From contig JBLNCA010000037.1 of NCBI GenBank assembly GCA_050260375.1, forward strand, positions 137,844 to 201,843: a stretch of 64,000 nucleotides of DNA. Direction: 5' to 3'. Position 1 is the first letter of the stretch. Each line of letters opens with the position of its first letter. Shown here piece by piece: positions 63,366 through 64,000 of this stretch. Under the pieces are notes generated by a model. That model was not told the origin of the DNA. It worked only from the letters and a program-made list of their open reading frames with translations, and did not search any database. The translations under genes and the position numbers were made by a program. This stretch comes from Burkholderiales bacterium (GTDB taxonomy: Bacteria; Bacillota; Clostridia; Christensenellales; SZUA-584).

Positions 63366-64000
63366 ATGAACAGGATAGTAAACGATCCTAATTTTGTTGT
63401 CGAAGACATGCTCAAAGGCTTTATTAAAGCCAACAGGGATATAGTGGCGGCAACCGATAACCCGAGGGTGCTGAAGTACTCTGAAGCGCCCATAAAGGGA
63501 AAGGTGGGCATAGTAACGGGCGGAGGCTCGGGGCATAAACCTGCGTTCATCGGCTACATAGGAAAAAACATGTGCGACGCCGTAGCCGTGGGCGAAATAT
63601 TCTCGTCGCCTACCGCGGCAGCGTTTTTTGACGCAATGAAGGCTGCCGATTCGGGACGGGGCGTTGCATGCCTTTACGGCAACTACGCGGGCGACAACAT
63701 GAACGTAAAGATGGCTATGCGCAAAGCCAAAGAAGCGGGTATAGAAGTAAGAACCGTAGTAGCCAACGACGACTGCGCCTCGGCTCCCAAAGAAGAAAGG
63801 GAAAAACGCCGCGGCGTGGCGGGCGAAGTGCTTATGTGGAAGGTGGGAGGAGCGAAAGCCGCTATGGGCGCAGACCTGGATGCAGTCATAGCCGCCGCGC
63901 AGAAAGCGATAGACAACACGCGCTCCGTCGGCATAGGAACCGCGCCCTGCACGATACCCGCTGTCGGCCATCCCAACTTTACGATAGAAGACGGCAATAT
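63366..64000 (+). CDS. Dihydroxyacetone-kinase DhaK-type subunit (3' end outside window)
   Basis: Not in the ORF track because it runs off the window. My translation gives MNRIVNDPNFVVEDMLKGF..GKVGIVTGGGSGHKPAFIGYIG..ACLYGNYAGDNMN. ATG follows AAAGGAGGG. The motif reads GHKP where I expect GHEP. Confidence 0.8.
   Translation, partial: MNRIVNDPNFVVEDMLKGFIKANRDIVAATDNPRVLKYSEAPIKGKVGIVTGGGSGHKPAFIGYIGKNMCDAVAVGEIFSSPTAAAFFDAMKAADSGRGVACLYGNYAGDNMNVKMAMRKAKEAGIEVRTVVANDDCASAPKEEREKRRGVAGEVLMWKVGGAKAAMGADLDAVIAAAQKAIDNTRSVGIGTAPCTIPAVGHPNFTIEDGN

Overview
This 64-kb window looks like a Firmicutes/Clostridia-type genome. That is inferred from gene content (fliW-csrA, flbD, fliY, yvyF-flgM, a cwlD-like amidase). 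I saw no tRNA, rRNA, CRISPR array or intact transposase. All calls come from reading motifs by eye; no database search was run.

- **1-27.5 kb, flagellar regulon in two blocks.** Block 1 is flhA(partial)-flhF-flhG-PilZ-fliA-(swrB-like)-two rod genes-yvyF-flgM-flgN-flgK-flgL-fliW-csrA. It is followed by a 1.06-kb ORF-free, repeat-rich gap bracketed by terminators. Next is an inverted, monocistronic flagellin with a textbook sigma-28 promoter and two CsrA-type GGA sites in its leader. Block 2 is fliF-fliG-fliH-fliI-fliJ-ylxF-fliK-flgD-flgE-flbD-motA-motB-fliL-fliM-fliY.
- **27.8-34.6 kb, glycoside utilisation.** GH1, a GPH symporter, and GH36 and GH13 on the minus strand.
- **34.8-45.9 kb, envelope/accessory genes.** These are a zinc-ribbon protein plus a DUF2085-like protein, a large lipoprotein, an Amidase_3, an E-loop LanFEG-like ABC exporter and VanW. 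The block ends with a three-gene module: an ABC ATPase with every catalytic motif substituted, an Ig-repeat surface protein and a MacB/FtsX-type permease.
- **46.4-64 kb, sugar catabolism.** A PfkB kinase, a mutarotase, a URO-D-like plus homocysteine S-methyltransferase pair, and ROK and RpiR regulators. It ends in a ketose/rare-sugar island with three kinase families (ADP-dependent-kinase-like, FGGY, DhaK), an ABC importer, a class II aldolase, a cupin isomerase and a DTE-type epimerase.

The best candidates for a second look are the degenerate-ATPase MacB-like module, the rare-sugar island, and a REP/BIME-like hairpin repeat family clustered in two large ORF-free gaps.
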